Virus record (IMG/VR): IMGVR_UViG_3300012953_000015 | Location: 79,013-143,012 of that record | Length of the DNA stretch: 64,000 bases | Direction: 5' to 3' (one strand) | Source: a virus | Shown here: piece after piece, positions 39,359 to 47,927 of the stretch | Position numbering within the stretch: the first letter of the stretch is position 1 | Layout of the letters: every line of letters begins with the position of its first letter | Notes under the pieces: generated by a model | Seen by the model: only the letters and a program-made list of their open reading frames with translations | What the model was told of the DNA's origin: nothing | Databases searched by the model: none | Position numbers and translations under genes: made by a program

Positions 39359-40082
39359 TGTTTGTAAAGACATATACATTTTCGGAGAATGTTTAAGACT
39401 AAGTCCGGAAGCTCCAGTTCCCGTCTTAGATCAGAAGTTAGTAGAAGAACGTTTCGGTATGGTTGCTAATGTAAGAAGCAACTTTGAAAATATGTCTCCA
39501 AATTCAGAAATATCTTATTTAACTCACGATTCGAACTTATCCGTGAAAACAAGATTTGTAGATTCGAGATCGGGTCAACAAATTATGCGTCACGACGTTT
39601 CTCAAAAGATACCAGAATTAGGTTTAGAAAAGATTAAAAATAAAAAGTATGACGCTATCATTATATCAGACTACAATAAAGGTTTTATAAGTAATAAAAC
39701 TGTTGAATTTTTAAAAGATCTTAAGTCTCCAATATTCGTAGATACGAAGAAAAGAAATTTAAGTAGCTACTCAGGTTGCTATGTTAAAGTCAACGAATTT
39801 GAAGATAAAAAAGCTTACAATAAAAAAGGGTGTGAATTAATTGTGACCCTAGGATCAAAAGGCGCTCTATACAATGGGGTTAAGTACCCAACCGATATAG
39901 TTGAGGTTCACGATGCATGTGGAGCTGGTGATGTTTTTTTAGCTAGCTTAGTATCTCGTTGGTTAGAAACTAGAGATTTAGACGTTTCTATAAAAACTGC
40001 GAATAAATGTGCTAGTTATAGCGTTACCAAAGTTGGTTCTTACTCTTTGACTTTAGAAGAATATGAAAAACTAAAAGTTTAA
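39312..40082 (+). CDS. Heptose-7-phosphate kinase-like PfkB kinase (HldE/RfaE domain I)
   Basis: RLSPEAPVPV, KTRF, SDYNKG, VHDACGAGDVF. Confidence 0.88.
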   Translation: MATQQQNQYNVLILGDVCKDIYIFGECLRLSPEAPVPVLDQKLVEERFGMVANVRSNFENMSPNSEISYLTHDSNLSVKTRFVDSRSGQQIMRHDVSQKIPELGLEKIKNKKYDAIIISDYNKGFISNKTVEFLKDLKSPIFVDTKKRNLSSYSGCYVKVNEFEDKKAYNKKGCELIVTLGSKGALYNGVKYPTDIVEVHDACGAGDVFLASLVSRWLETRDLDVSIKTANKCASYSVTKVGSYSLTLEEYEKLKV

Positions 40083-40085
40083 ATT

Positions 40086-40114
40086 TTGTAGTTTTCTTAA
40101 AACACTCATATTAT
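40086..40114 (+). promoter_or_regulatory. Possible sigma70-like promoter TTGTAG-N17-TATTAT
   Basis: Intergenic, 17-nt spacer, upstream of fpg. Confidence 0.45.
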
Positions 40115-40142
40115 TAATAAATAATGAAATAGGAGTGTCAAA

Positions 40143-40949
40143 ATGCCTGAAGGGCCAGAATGCAGAAGGTGTGCTCTCTCCTTTGGAGATTATGCTGGAG
40201 GCGAGAAATTAACTGAAATAAACATAATATCAGGTCGTTATCTTAAAAAGCCCCTCTCGGGTCTCAAAGATCTGAAAAGAGATTTACCCTTGATTCTACA
40301 AGGAGTAGGAGTACACGGCAAGTTTATATATGCTATCTTCGAAAATAAGTTTAACTTATGGTCAACTCTAGGAATGACCGGTGCTTGGCAAAAAGTTAAA
40401 ACAGACCATTCGAGGGTTGAGTTAGTTTTTGAGAGTGGTAAAGTTATTTATTTTAACGATATGAGAAACTTTGGCACTTTAAAATATTGTAGAGATCCAA
40501 AGCTTTTAGCTTCTAAGTTAGAATCTCTCGGTCCTGACATGTTAGCTGAAGATATTGATAATAGCTCTTTTATATCTCAGATGAGAAAAAATAATCAACA
40601 TAACATAACTAAAATCCTCATGGATCAATCAGTAATTTCAGGCGTTGGAAACTACATAAAAGCAGAAGCTCTCTGGTTGGCTAGGTTAAGCCCGCATAGA
40701 AAAGTTTCAGATATATCTGATTCTAGCTTGAAAATTTTAAATAAAGCGATAAAATCTGTTATGAGAGAATCATTCACATCTGGAGGAGCTACGATAAGAT
40801 CTTATAAAGATTTTTTCGGAGAATCTGGAGATTACAGTAACAGGTTTATGGTTTATAATCAAAAATCAGATCCAGATGGTAATGAAGTAATTAAAGAGAA
40901 AACTCCAGATGGAAGAACTACCCACTGGGTACCAGAAATACAGAGGTAA
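40143..40949 (+). CDS. mutM: Fpg/Nei DNA glycosylase, zincless-finger type
   Basis: N-terminal MPEGPE, LGMTG, DMRNFG, LGPD, H2TH SGVGNYIKAE; C-terminal GRTTHWVP with no CxxC pairs. Confidence 0.92.
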   Translation: MPEGPECRRCALSFGDYAGGEKLTEINIISGRYLKKPLSGLKDLKRDLPLILQGVGVHGKFIYAIFENKFNLWSTLGMTGAWQKVKTDHSRVELVFESGKVIYFNDMRNFGTLKYCRDPKLLASKLESLGPDMLAEDIDNSSFISQMRKNNQHNITKILMDQSVISGVGNYIKAEALWLARLSPHRKVSDISDSSLKILNKAIKSVMRESFTSGGATIRSYKDFFGESGDYSNRFMVYNQKSDPDGNEVIKEKTPDGRTTHWVPEIQR

Positions 40950-40951
40950 CT

Positions 40952-41173
40952 ATGAATGAATTTAGGCTTAGTGATGAAGTCATCGGTAATGTTGCAAAGC
41001 TAGTGCAAATTGCAATTTTAACTGGAACAGATATTGTAGACAATATGAGGATGATGAAGTTGACAGATGATGGAGATGGAAACTTAATTTTAGAAGAAAA
41101 TTTTAAAGCTAGTTTTGATAGTAATATCAAAGGTATGCTAGAAGCTGCAGAAAATTCACAAGAAGAGTCTTAG
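40952..41173 (+). CDS. Hypothetical protein
   Basis: 73-aa ORF with GAGG SD. Confidence 0.65.
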   Translation: MNEFRLSDEVIGNVAKLVQIAILTGTDIVDNMRMMKLTDDGDGNLILEENFKASFDSNIKGMLEAAENSQEES

Positions 41174-41198
41174 AAGTTTTTAATTTCCTATTTATTAC

Positions 41199-41840
41199 AT
41201 GGGAAAAAACAATCAAATAAGAACTGTAAAAAGAGAACTTAGAAGAGCGAAAGCCGATCTTGCTTCTCTTTCTGCTTATCTAGGTGAGTGCGAGGAAATT
41301 TTAATTGAATATGAAAGAGACTGGGCAAAAGTTTTGTCTGCTTTCGTTCACAAAAAAGATTCTTCGAACGATTCAAGTGGGGTAGTTGACTCAAATAGAT
41401 TTTCAGCTTCAGGGCTAAGCGATGAAGAAAATGAAGCTATAAAAAATGTTCCTGAATGGTTAAAGAAAATATTCAGAAAAATTGCTCAAAAAACACACCC
41501 GGATAAAACTAGCGATGATGTTTTAAACGAAATGTATCAAGAAGCTTTAGAATGTATAGAAAAAGAAGATATTCAAGAGATTTTCAATATGTGCGATATT
41601 TTAAACATCGATTATGATATAGATCCTGAATACGAACTGAAAATAAATAGAGAAAAACAAGAAAATATAAAAGGTCGGCTTTCTGAAATAGATAAGTCTC
41701 CAGCTTGGATATGGGGCGAGTCTTATAGCAGCTTAGCTTTTAGAACAAATTTTTTAATGAGTTTGCTTCCTCATTACGGGGTGAAAATTACAAAAGAAGA
41801 AATTGAAAAGACCGTAATTGATTTGAGTGAAAATGAATGA
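41199..41840 (+). CDS. J-domain-containing protein
   Basis: KKIFRKIAQKTHPDK (HPD motif in helix II-III context). Confidence 0.65.
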   Translation: MGKNNQIRTVKRELRRAKADLASLSAYLGECEEILIEYERDWAKVLSAFVHKKDSSNDSSGVVDSNRFSASGLSDEENEAIKNVPEWLKKIFRKIAQKTHPDKTSDDVLNEMYQEALECIEKEDIQEIFNMCDILNIDYDIDPEYELKINREKQENIKGRLSEIDKSPAWIWGESYSSLAFRTNFLMSLLPHYGVKITKEEIEKTVIDLSENE

Positions 41841-42735
41841 AATAGATATCTACATCCCTGTTTTTAATAATTTATTTTGCGTAGAATATCAAATAAAAAC
41901 CTTAAAAGCTTTTTGTAAGCATGATAATTTCAACATAATTATCGTCGATAATAACTTAGAGTTTCATCCAGAAAATTCTAGAAAAGTTAAAGAAATTTGC
42001 TTAGAAAATAATGTTGAATATTTTTTTAATGATGACCAAATTATTAGAAATATGAGATCTATAGAAGGCAGGTGGTCATCACTTCAACACGGCCAAACCT
42101 TCAATTACATTTTCGATAAAATGATAAAAAAGAGAAAACCAACTTATTTCGGTTTTTTAGATGCTGATTGCTTTGCTTCGAAGCCCTTTCATTTAGAAGA
42201 GTATCTAGACAATCTAGGCATGTACGGAAAAGTAGTTCCCACACACATTGATGAAGGGCAGCACTTGACAAAAGCCGGGAATTACGCTTGGAACATTCAC
42301 GTAGTTTGTAATTTTTTTAGATTTGATTTTGTTGCTAACAAGAGTTTAAATTTTATGGCTGGAGGAGATTATTTACTTCAAAAGCTTGGGATAAGGTTAG
42401 ACACCGGTGGGATGAACTATGAGGTTCTGTACAAGCATTTAGACAAAAGGGAATACATTCTCCCGGAAGAGCATTTTTATTATTACAAAGACTTATCTTT
42501 GCTTGATCCAAATTCAGATAGCCCTACTAATGTTTTATATGAGTTAATAGATAGCAATTGGTTCCACATGGTTCATTCTCCAGGCGGAGACACTCCGCAC
42601 TTAAACCCAAAAGTATCTTACGCTAAAGGATTTTTAGATCACGCTATGATTTCGTACGGAGAATCAGGCGCTGATGTAAGAAAAGATTTTGTTCCAACCT
42701 ATAGAGATCCAAACAGGCATTTTACTTTTAATTGA
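41833..42735 (+). CDS. Putative glycosyltransferase (GT2-like)
   Basis: IPVFNN, IIVDN, FLDAD (DxD), LDTGG. Confidence 0.7.
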   Translation: MNEIDIYIPVFNNLFCVEYQIKTLKAFCKHDNFNIIIVDNNLEFHPENSRKVKEICLENNVEYFFNDDQIIRNMRSIEGRWSSLQHGQTFNYIFDKMIKKRKPTYFGFLDADCFASKPFHLEEYLDNLGMYGKVVPTHIDEGQHLTKAGNYAWNIHVVCNFFRFDFVANKSLNFMAGGDYLLQKLGIRLDTGGMNYEVLYKHLDKREYILPEEHFYYYKDLSLLDPNSDSPTNVLYELIDSNWFHMVHSPGGDTPHLNPKVSYAKGFLDHAMISYGESGADVRKDFVPTYRDPNRHFTFN

Positions 42736-42743
42736 TTAAAATC

Positions 42744-42772
42744 ATGAATTTTCACTGATATTTTGTTAAGAT
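42744..42772 (+). promoter_or_regulatory. Sigma70-like promoter ATGAAT-N17-TAAGAT
   Basis: Matches the recurrent motif; upstream of dnaE. Confidence 0.6.
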
Positions 42773-42803
42773 TATATAGCGTCAAATAACAAGGTGTCTT
42801 TTA

Positions 42804-45800
42804 ATGAGTTCAATAATTACCCCTCCAAAGAAATTTGTATCACTTCATTCCCACGATGGATTTAGCACTTTCGATGGCCTAGGATATCCTCAGGAACATA
42901 TCGATTTCGTAATCGAGAATGGAATGGACAGTTGGTGTCTGACTAATCACGGCCACATGAACAGCTTTGCCCATGCTTTTCTTCATGCCGAAAAGATCAA
43001 CAAACGTGGAGGAAACTTTAAATTTGTTCCAGGTTGCGAAATGTATGTTCATCCGGATTTAGATATATGGAATCTTGATTATGAACTAGCAAAAGCAGCA
43101 AAAAAAGGCGATAAAGAATCTATTTCTAAACTTAGGGAACAAAGAGAAAGAATCAGAACTCCTTTATTCGCTAAAGTTGACGGCGACGATGAAACAGTCG
43201 AATTATCCACGGATCAAGGAAACCTGACTATAGAAAACGAAGAAGAATCTAAGTCAGCTAAGTTCTATGATCCAGTTAAAAGAAGACATCATTTAGTGGT
43301 TTTACCGAAGACTTCAATTGGCCTTCAGCGCCTCTTTCAATTAGTTTCTAGAGGATACTTAGAAGGTTTTTATAGGTTTCCTAGAGTTGATTACAAAATG
43401 CTTAGAGAAGCCGCTGAAGGCGGTCATCTAATGATTTCTTCTGCGTGCTTAGGAGGACCTTTAAGCTACGAGGTTTTCAAGCATCTCCAAGAGGTGGAGT
43501 TTGATAATTTAAGCTACAAACTTCTAAATGATCCTTCAATAATGAAGAAAGTTCAAGAAGGCATATCTAACTCTTTTGATGCAATGGCTTATGCGGTCGG
43601 AACTAAGAATGTTAAACTAGAATTGCAGTTTAATAAACTTCCAGCCCAACACTTAGTCAATCGTGCTATAATGAAGTTTGCTGATGATCATAACCTTAGA
43701 GAGCAATTGGTAGTGACTTGTGATTCTCATTATGCTCACCCTGAACACTGGCGCGAAAGAGAAATTTACAAGAAGCTTGGTTGGCTTAACTTTAAAGACT
43801 TCGACCCAGATTCTTTACCTAAATCTAGGGAAGAATTATCTTGTGAACTTTATCCTAAGAATTCAGAACAAGTCTGGGATTCTTTTGAGAAAACAACAGA
43901 GGGCATGGATTTTTACGATCCTCAAATAATTTCAGATGCTATCAACCGGACTTATGATATAGTCCATGAAGAAATTGGAGAAATCAATCCAGACCGAGAA
44001 ATGAAGCTTCCCTCATATGTCATACCAAAGGGGAAGACAGCAAGCCGAGCTCTTTTAGATTTTTGTAAAAAAGGAATGATTGAAAGAAATCTCCACGAAG
44101 ATTCTGAATATATTGAAAGGCTTAAGGCTGAATTTACTGTCATTAAAGACAAAAACTTTGCTGAATATTTCTTGACAATGAAAGCGATACTAGATATCGC
44201 GCGCGAAAAAATGCTTATTGGTCCAGGTCGTGGCTCAGGTGCAGGTAGTTTAGTTAATTATGTTTTAGGAATAACTGACGTTGATCCAGTAAAGAATGGC
44301 CTCTTATTTGAAAGGTTTTTATCCCCAGAAAGAAATGAGATGCCTGACATCGATTCTGACGTTTCCGATAGAGATGAATTGATAACTCTTTTGAGGGATA
44401 ATTTTGGTGAATCTAATGTAGTGCCAATTTCCAACTACAATACTTTCAAATTAAAGTCTTTAGTCAAAGATGTTTCTAGGTTTTATCGAGTTCCTTTTGA
44501 AGAGGCTAATAAGGCTTTAGCTCCTTTAGAGGTAGACGTCAAGCGTGGTAGAAAGAATGATGCTGAGTCTGACGACTCGTTTGATATCAAAATTGGAGAA
44601 GCTATAAAATATTCAGAATCTTTAAGGAATTATCTTAAGAAGTATCCTGAAATTTTTGAACCTCTAAAAGTTTTGTTTAAGCAGAACAAAGCGCTAGGAA
44701 GACACGCAGGTGGCGTGATTATTTCTGAAAGAATCGCGGAAAGAATGCCGATCATTCTAGCTCGTGGAGAACCACAAACTCCATGGGTCGAAGGGATGAA
44801 TTACAAGCACTTAGAAGAGTTCGGTTGGATTAAGTTTGATTTGCTTGGTTTAGAAACATTAAGAATTATAGAAAAAACTATCAACCTTATCTTAACTAAG
44901 CAGGGAGCAGAAAACCCAAGCTTCTCTCAAATAAAAGAATGGTTTGATAGAAACATGTCTACGAACACTATTGATTTTAACGATCAAAAAGTTTATAAAA
45001 ATGTTTATCACGCCGGTAAGTGGGCTGCAATCTTCCAATGTACTCAAAGAGGTGCTCAAGCCCTTTTCAAACGCGCAAAGCCAGAATCTATAGTTGATAT
45101 AGCTACCTTGACGTCTATATACCGTCCTGGTCCTCTAAGCGCAAAAGTTGATAAGCTTTATATTGGAGCAAAGAAAAATCCTGAATCTGTTGTTTATGGT
45201 CATCCGCTCATCAAAGAGTGTTTAGAAGAGACTTATGGATGTATCATCTTTCAAGAGCAAGTCATGAACCTGTGTCATGTCGTTGCTGGCATTCCAAAAG
45301 ACGAATGCAACGCGATGAGAAAGATGATGAAGCCAGTAGGTTCAGGTAACGAAAATATAGACAAAGCTAGAGCTCTAAAGGAAAAGTTCATTTCAGGTTC
45401 TATCGCCAATGGCGTTGAAAAGCATGTTGCTGAAGACTTATACGAAAAGATTCTATATTTTGCTGGTTATGGTTTTAATAAGTCTCATGCTGTTTCTTAT
45501 GCTATCAACTCTTATTATTGCGCATGGCTAATGACTTACTACGAGCAAGAGTGGATCACAGCTTATTTAGAAGCTGTTTCTTCTAACCCTAATAAACTTT
45601 CTAAAGCTTTAAGCGAAGTCAAAAAGATGGGATATACAACAACTAAAGTTGATATTAACAAGGCTGGAAAAAACTGGACAGCTGTTAGTGAAAAAGTTTT
45701 GATGCCGTCTTTCTTTTCTTGCAAAGGTATTGGCGAAGCTGCGATAGAAGAGATACTATCCAATAGACCATATACAAGCATCGATAATTTGCTCTGGCAT

Positions 45801-46394
45801 GAAGACGGAAAATGGAAGCATTCTAAACTTAACAAAAAGACTTTGGAATCTCTTTTGAAAATTAGAGCTTTGGACTCTCTTGATTGGCAAAATTACTTTC
45901 AATCTTACAAACAGTTCTTTGACTGTGTAAGTGAAAACTGGCCGGCCTTAAGAAAGAGCACAAAAAAGAATCCGTATCAGGGCAAAGATAATCTCTTAGA
46001 GTTGATATTGGATTATCCAGAAGATGATTGGAACATTAAGGAAAATATGGAGTTTGAGGAATCTCTGCTAGGAACTATAAACATTAATAACTTGATTCCA
46101 GCTAAACTCTCTGAAAGGTTTGAGAAATTAGAAATTCAACCAATGGAAGAATGGAACTCAAAAAACCTTTATTGGTTTGTTGCTGTCAAGGTTAACAAAA
46201 AGAAGACTAAGAATGGCAAGCCTTATTTCTTACTAGATGCTTTAGGATCTAATGGGGAGAAAAACAGAATGTTCTGTTGGGGCACTAAGGAAGATTCTGT
46301 TCTAAACCCATATTCTCTTTGTGTTGCTGAGTTAGATAAATCTGATTTTGGATTTTCTACTACTTTTAGAAAAGTCAAAGTGTTTGAGGTATAA
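42804..46394 (+). CDS. dnaE: DNA polymerase III alpha subunit (family C)
   Basis: PHP domain HSHDGFSTFDG, TNHG, GCEMY, DSHY; GPGRGSGAGS, MPDIDSD, HAGG, KFDLLGL, YGFNKSHA. Confidence 0.97.
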   Translation: MSSIITPPKKFVSLHSHDGFSTFDGLGYPQEHIDFVIENGMDSWCLTNHGHMNSFAHAFLHAEKINKRGGNFKFVPGCEMYVHPDLDIWNLDYELAKAAKKGDKESISKLREQRERIRTPLFAKVDGDDETVELSTDQGNLTIENEEESKSAKFYDPVKRRHHLVVLPKTSIGLQRLFQLVSRGYLEGFYRFPRVDYKMLREAAEGGHLMISSACLGGPLSYEVFKHLQEVEFDNLSYKLLNDPSIMKKVQEGISNSFDAMAYAVGTKNVKLELQFNKLPAQHLVNRAIMKFADDHNLREQLVVTCDSHYAHPEHWREREIYKKLGWLNFKDFDPDSLPKSREELSCELYPKNSEQVWDSFEKTTEGMDFYDPQIISDAINRTYDIVHEEIGEINPDREMKLPSYVIPKGKTASRALLDFCKKGMIERNLHEDSEYIERLKAEFTVIKDKNFAEYFLTMKAILDIAREKMLIGPGRGSGAGSLVNYVLGITDVDPVKNGLLFERFLSPERNEMPDIDSDVSDRDELITLLRDNFGESNVVPISNYNTFKLKSLVKDVSRFYRVPFEEANKALAPLEVDVKRGRKNDAESDDSFDIKIGEAIKYSESLRNYLKKYPEIFEPLKVLFKQNKALGRHAGGVIISERIAERMPIILARGEPQTPWVEGMNYKHLEEFGWIKFDLLGLETLRIIEKTINLILTKQGAENPSFSQIKEWFDRNMSTNTIDFNDQKVYKNVYHAGKWAAIFQCTQRGAQALFKRAKPESIVDIATLTSIYRPGPLSAKVDKLYIGAKKNPESVVYGHPLIKECLEETYGCIIFQEQVMNLCHVVAGIPKDECNAMRKMMKPVGSGNENIDKARALKEKFISGSIANGVEKHVAEDLYEKILYFAGYGFNKSHAVSYAINSYYCAWLMTYYEQEWITAYLEAVSSNPNKLSKALSEVKKMGYTTTKVDINKAGKNWTAVSEKVLMPSFFSCKGIGEAAIEEILSNRPYTSIDNLLWHEDGKWKHSKLNKKTLESLLKIRALDSLDWQNYFQSYKQFFDCVSENWPALRKSTKKNPYQGKDNLLELILDYPEDDWNIKENMEFEESLLGTININNLIPAKLSERFEKLEIQPMEEWNSKNLYWFVAVKVNKKKTKNGKPYFLLDALGSNGEKNRMFCWGTKEDSVLNPYSLCVAELDKSDFGFSTTFRKVKVFEV

Positions 46395-46395
46395 T
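46367..46395 (+). promoter_or_regulatory. Sigma70-like promoter TAGAAA-N17-TATAAT, probably leaderless
   Basis: TATAAT 46390-46395 is 5 nt before ATG 46401, at the head of the modification operon. Confidence 0.55.
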
Positions 46396-46400
46396 ATATC

Positions 46401-47222
46401 ATGAAAAAATTTAACTCTATGAACGAACTTTTAGTTCACTACTGCGAAACGCTTCTTTCTGCAAAAGAAGTTTCTGCAAGAAATTCTAAACAGAAAGAAA
46501 TTATTTTTGAAAATTTTGAACTAACTAACCCTGCTAACATTGAAATAAGCTTAACGGGAAGAAAATTTAATAAAAACTACGCAATAGCGGAATGGCTATG
46601 GTACATTTCTGCTAACCCATCTTCTAGAAATATTGGAAAATTAGCTAAGATTTGGAATATCATTTCAGACAACAATCAAGAAGTTGAATCTAACTACGGC
46701 GTTTATTTAAAACCGCAGTGGAATTGGGTTAAGAATGAAATTATCAAAGATTTAGACACCCGACGTGCTACTTTCGTAATCAATCAACCACATCATAAGT
46801 ACAAAAACTCAAGTGATTATCCGTGCACTCAGTATATACAATTTTTTGTTAGAGAAAACAAGCTTCATATTGGCATAAACATGAGATCTAATGATTTAAT
46901 CTATGGATTGTGTAATGATGTTTTTACTTTTTCTTTATTCCAACAAATGATGTTGAACGAATTAAATCAATCTGGGTTGAATTTAGAGCTTGGTAGCTAC
47001 TTTCATTTTGCCGGAAGTTTACACATTTATGAGCATCACTACGAAATGGCAAAAAATATCTGTAATTCTATTGACAAACCAATAAATTCTTGTAGATTAA
47101 ATCAGGCAATAAATTGGTGTTTTATTGATGAAAATTTTCCATTCCCTGTTGCAGATATTGAAAAAAACGAAATATACGAATATGTTGAAAGACATTCAGG
47201 AGAAATTTTTAATAATGGATGA
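46401..47222 (+). CDS. Thymidylate-synthase-fold enzyme of dCMP hydroxymethylase type (T4 gp42-like)
   Basis: AEWLWY, SNYG, catalytic PCT, MRSNDLIYGLCND (Asp at the dUMP/dCMP specificity position, Asn in ThyA), GSLHIY. Confidence 0.8.
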   Translation: MKKFNSMNELLVHYCETLLSAKEVSARNSKQKEIIFENFELTNPANIEISLTGRKFNKNYAIAEWLWYISANPSSRNIGKLAKIWNIISDNNQEVESNYGVYLKPQWNWVKNEIIKDLDTRRATFVINQPHHKYKNSSDYPCTQYIQFFVRENKLHIGINMRSNDLIYGLCNDVFTFSLFQQMMLNELNQSGLNLELGSYFHFAGSLHIYEHHYEMAKNICNSIDKPINSCRLNQAINWCFIDENFPFPVADIEKNEIYEYVERHSGEIFNNG

Positions 47223-47493
47223 AAGAAGTATACTCGAGCGCGCTAATGAAATTGTGAATCAACGCTCAGAAGAGAAAGAAAGAGAATATGGCCCTTTTAG
47301 CGAAGGTATGAAAAGGGCTGCTAGCATAGCGTCTGGAATGACTGGTAAAGACTTTACTGCTCACGATATGTACGTTGCTTTAGTATCCTTGAAGCTCAGT
47401 CGCCAAAGTTATCATTTTAAGGATGATAATTTGTTAGATGCAGTCGCTTATTTGGGAGCTTGGCATAACTACATTAAGGAAGGTGGGCAATGA
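47215..47493 (+). CDS. DUF6378-like all-alpha protein (putative dNTP pyrophosphohydrolase)
   Basis: ILERANEIV...R...EYG, LKLSR, DNLLDAVAY. Confidence 0.7.
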   Translation: MDERSILERANEIVNQRSEEKEREYGPFSEGMKRAASIASGMTGKDFTAHDMYVALVSLKLSRQSYHFKDDNLLDAVAYLGAWHNYIKEGGQ

Positions 47494-47927
47494 AAATTTC
47501 TAAAGTTAGAGACGTGAAAACCCCCACACGTGGAACTGATAAGTCTGCCGGTATAGATTTTTTTGTTCCTGATGATTTTGAGGAAACTCCTCTTTCTCCT
47601 GGTCAAAGCGCCTGTATACCTAGCGGTATCAAAGCTAACGTACCTGAAGGATATGCTCTAGTTGTTTTCAATAAGAGTGGAGTTGCTTTAAAAAGAAATC
47701 TTTCTGTTGGTGCTTGCGTAATAGATGAAGATTATCAAGGCGAAATACATCTCCATGTTTATAATTTTGGTAATAAGGTAGAAACAGTTTCTAGCGGAGA
47801 AAAACTAGTTCAAATGATTCTTTTGCCAGTGTTTTACGACGTATTAGATGTGGTAGATGTTCAAGATTTGTTTTCTGAAGAAACTTCTAGAGGAGAAGGT
47901 GGTTTTGGAAGTACGGGAGTTTCGTAA
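47490..47927 (+). CDS. dut: Trimeric dUTPase
   Basis: SAGIDF, NKSG, VIDEDYQGEI, LVQ, RGEGGFGSTG. Confidence 0.92.
   Translation: MKISKVRDVKTPTRGTDKSAGIDFFVPDDFEETPLSPGQSACIPSGIKANVPEGYALVVFNKSGVALKRNLSVGACVIDEDYQGEIHLHVYNFGNKVETVSSGEKLVQMILLPVFYDVLDVVDVQDLFSEETSRGEGGFGSTGVS

Noticed and set aside
21393-46394. Inteins or introns in recA, helicase, nrdJ or dnaE
   Set aside because: Lengths are normal, and no C...HN/C splice motifs or homing-endonuclease motifs were seen.
46401-47222. Annotation as ordinary thymidylate synthase (thyA)
   Set aside because: It has GLCND instead of GxPFN, plus SNYG and GSLHIY as in dCMP hydroxymethylases, and an AGT homologue is in the same operon. Not fully excluded without an assay.
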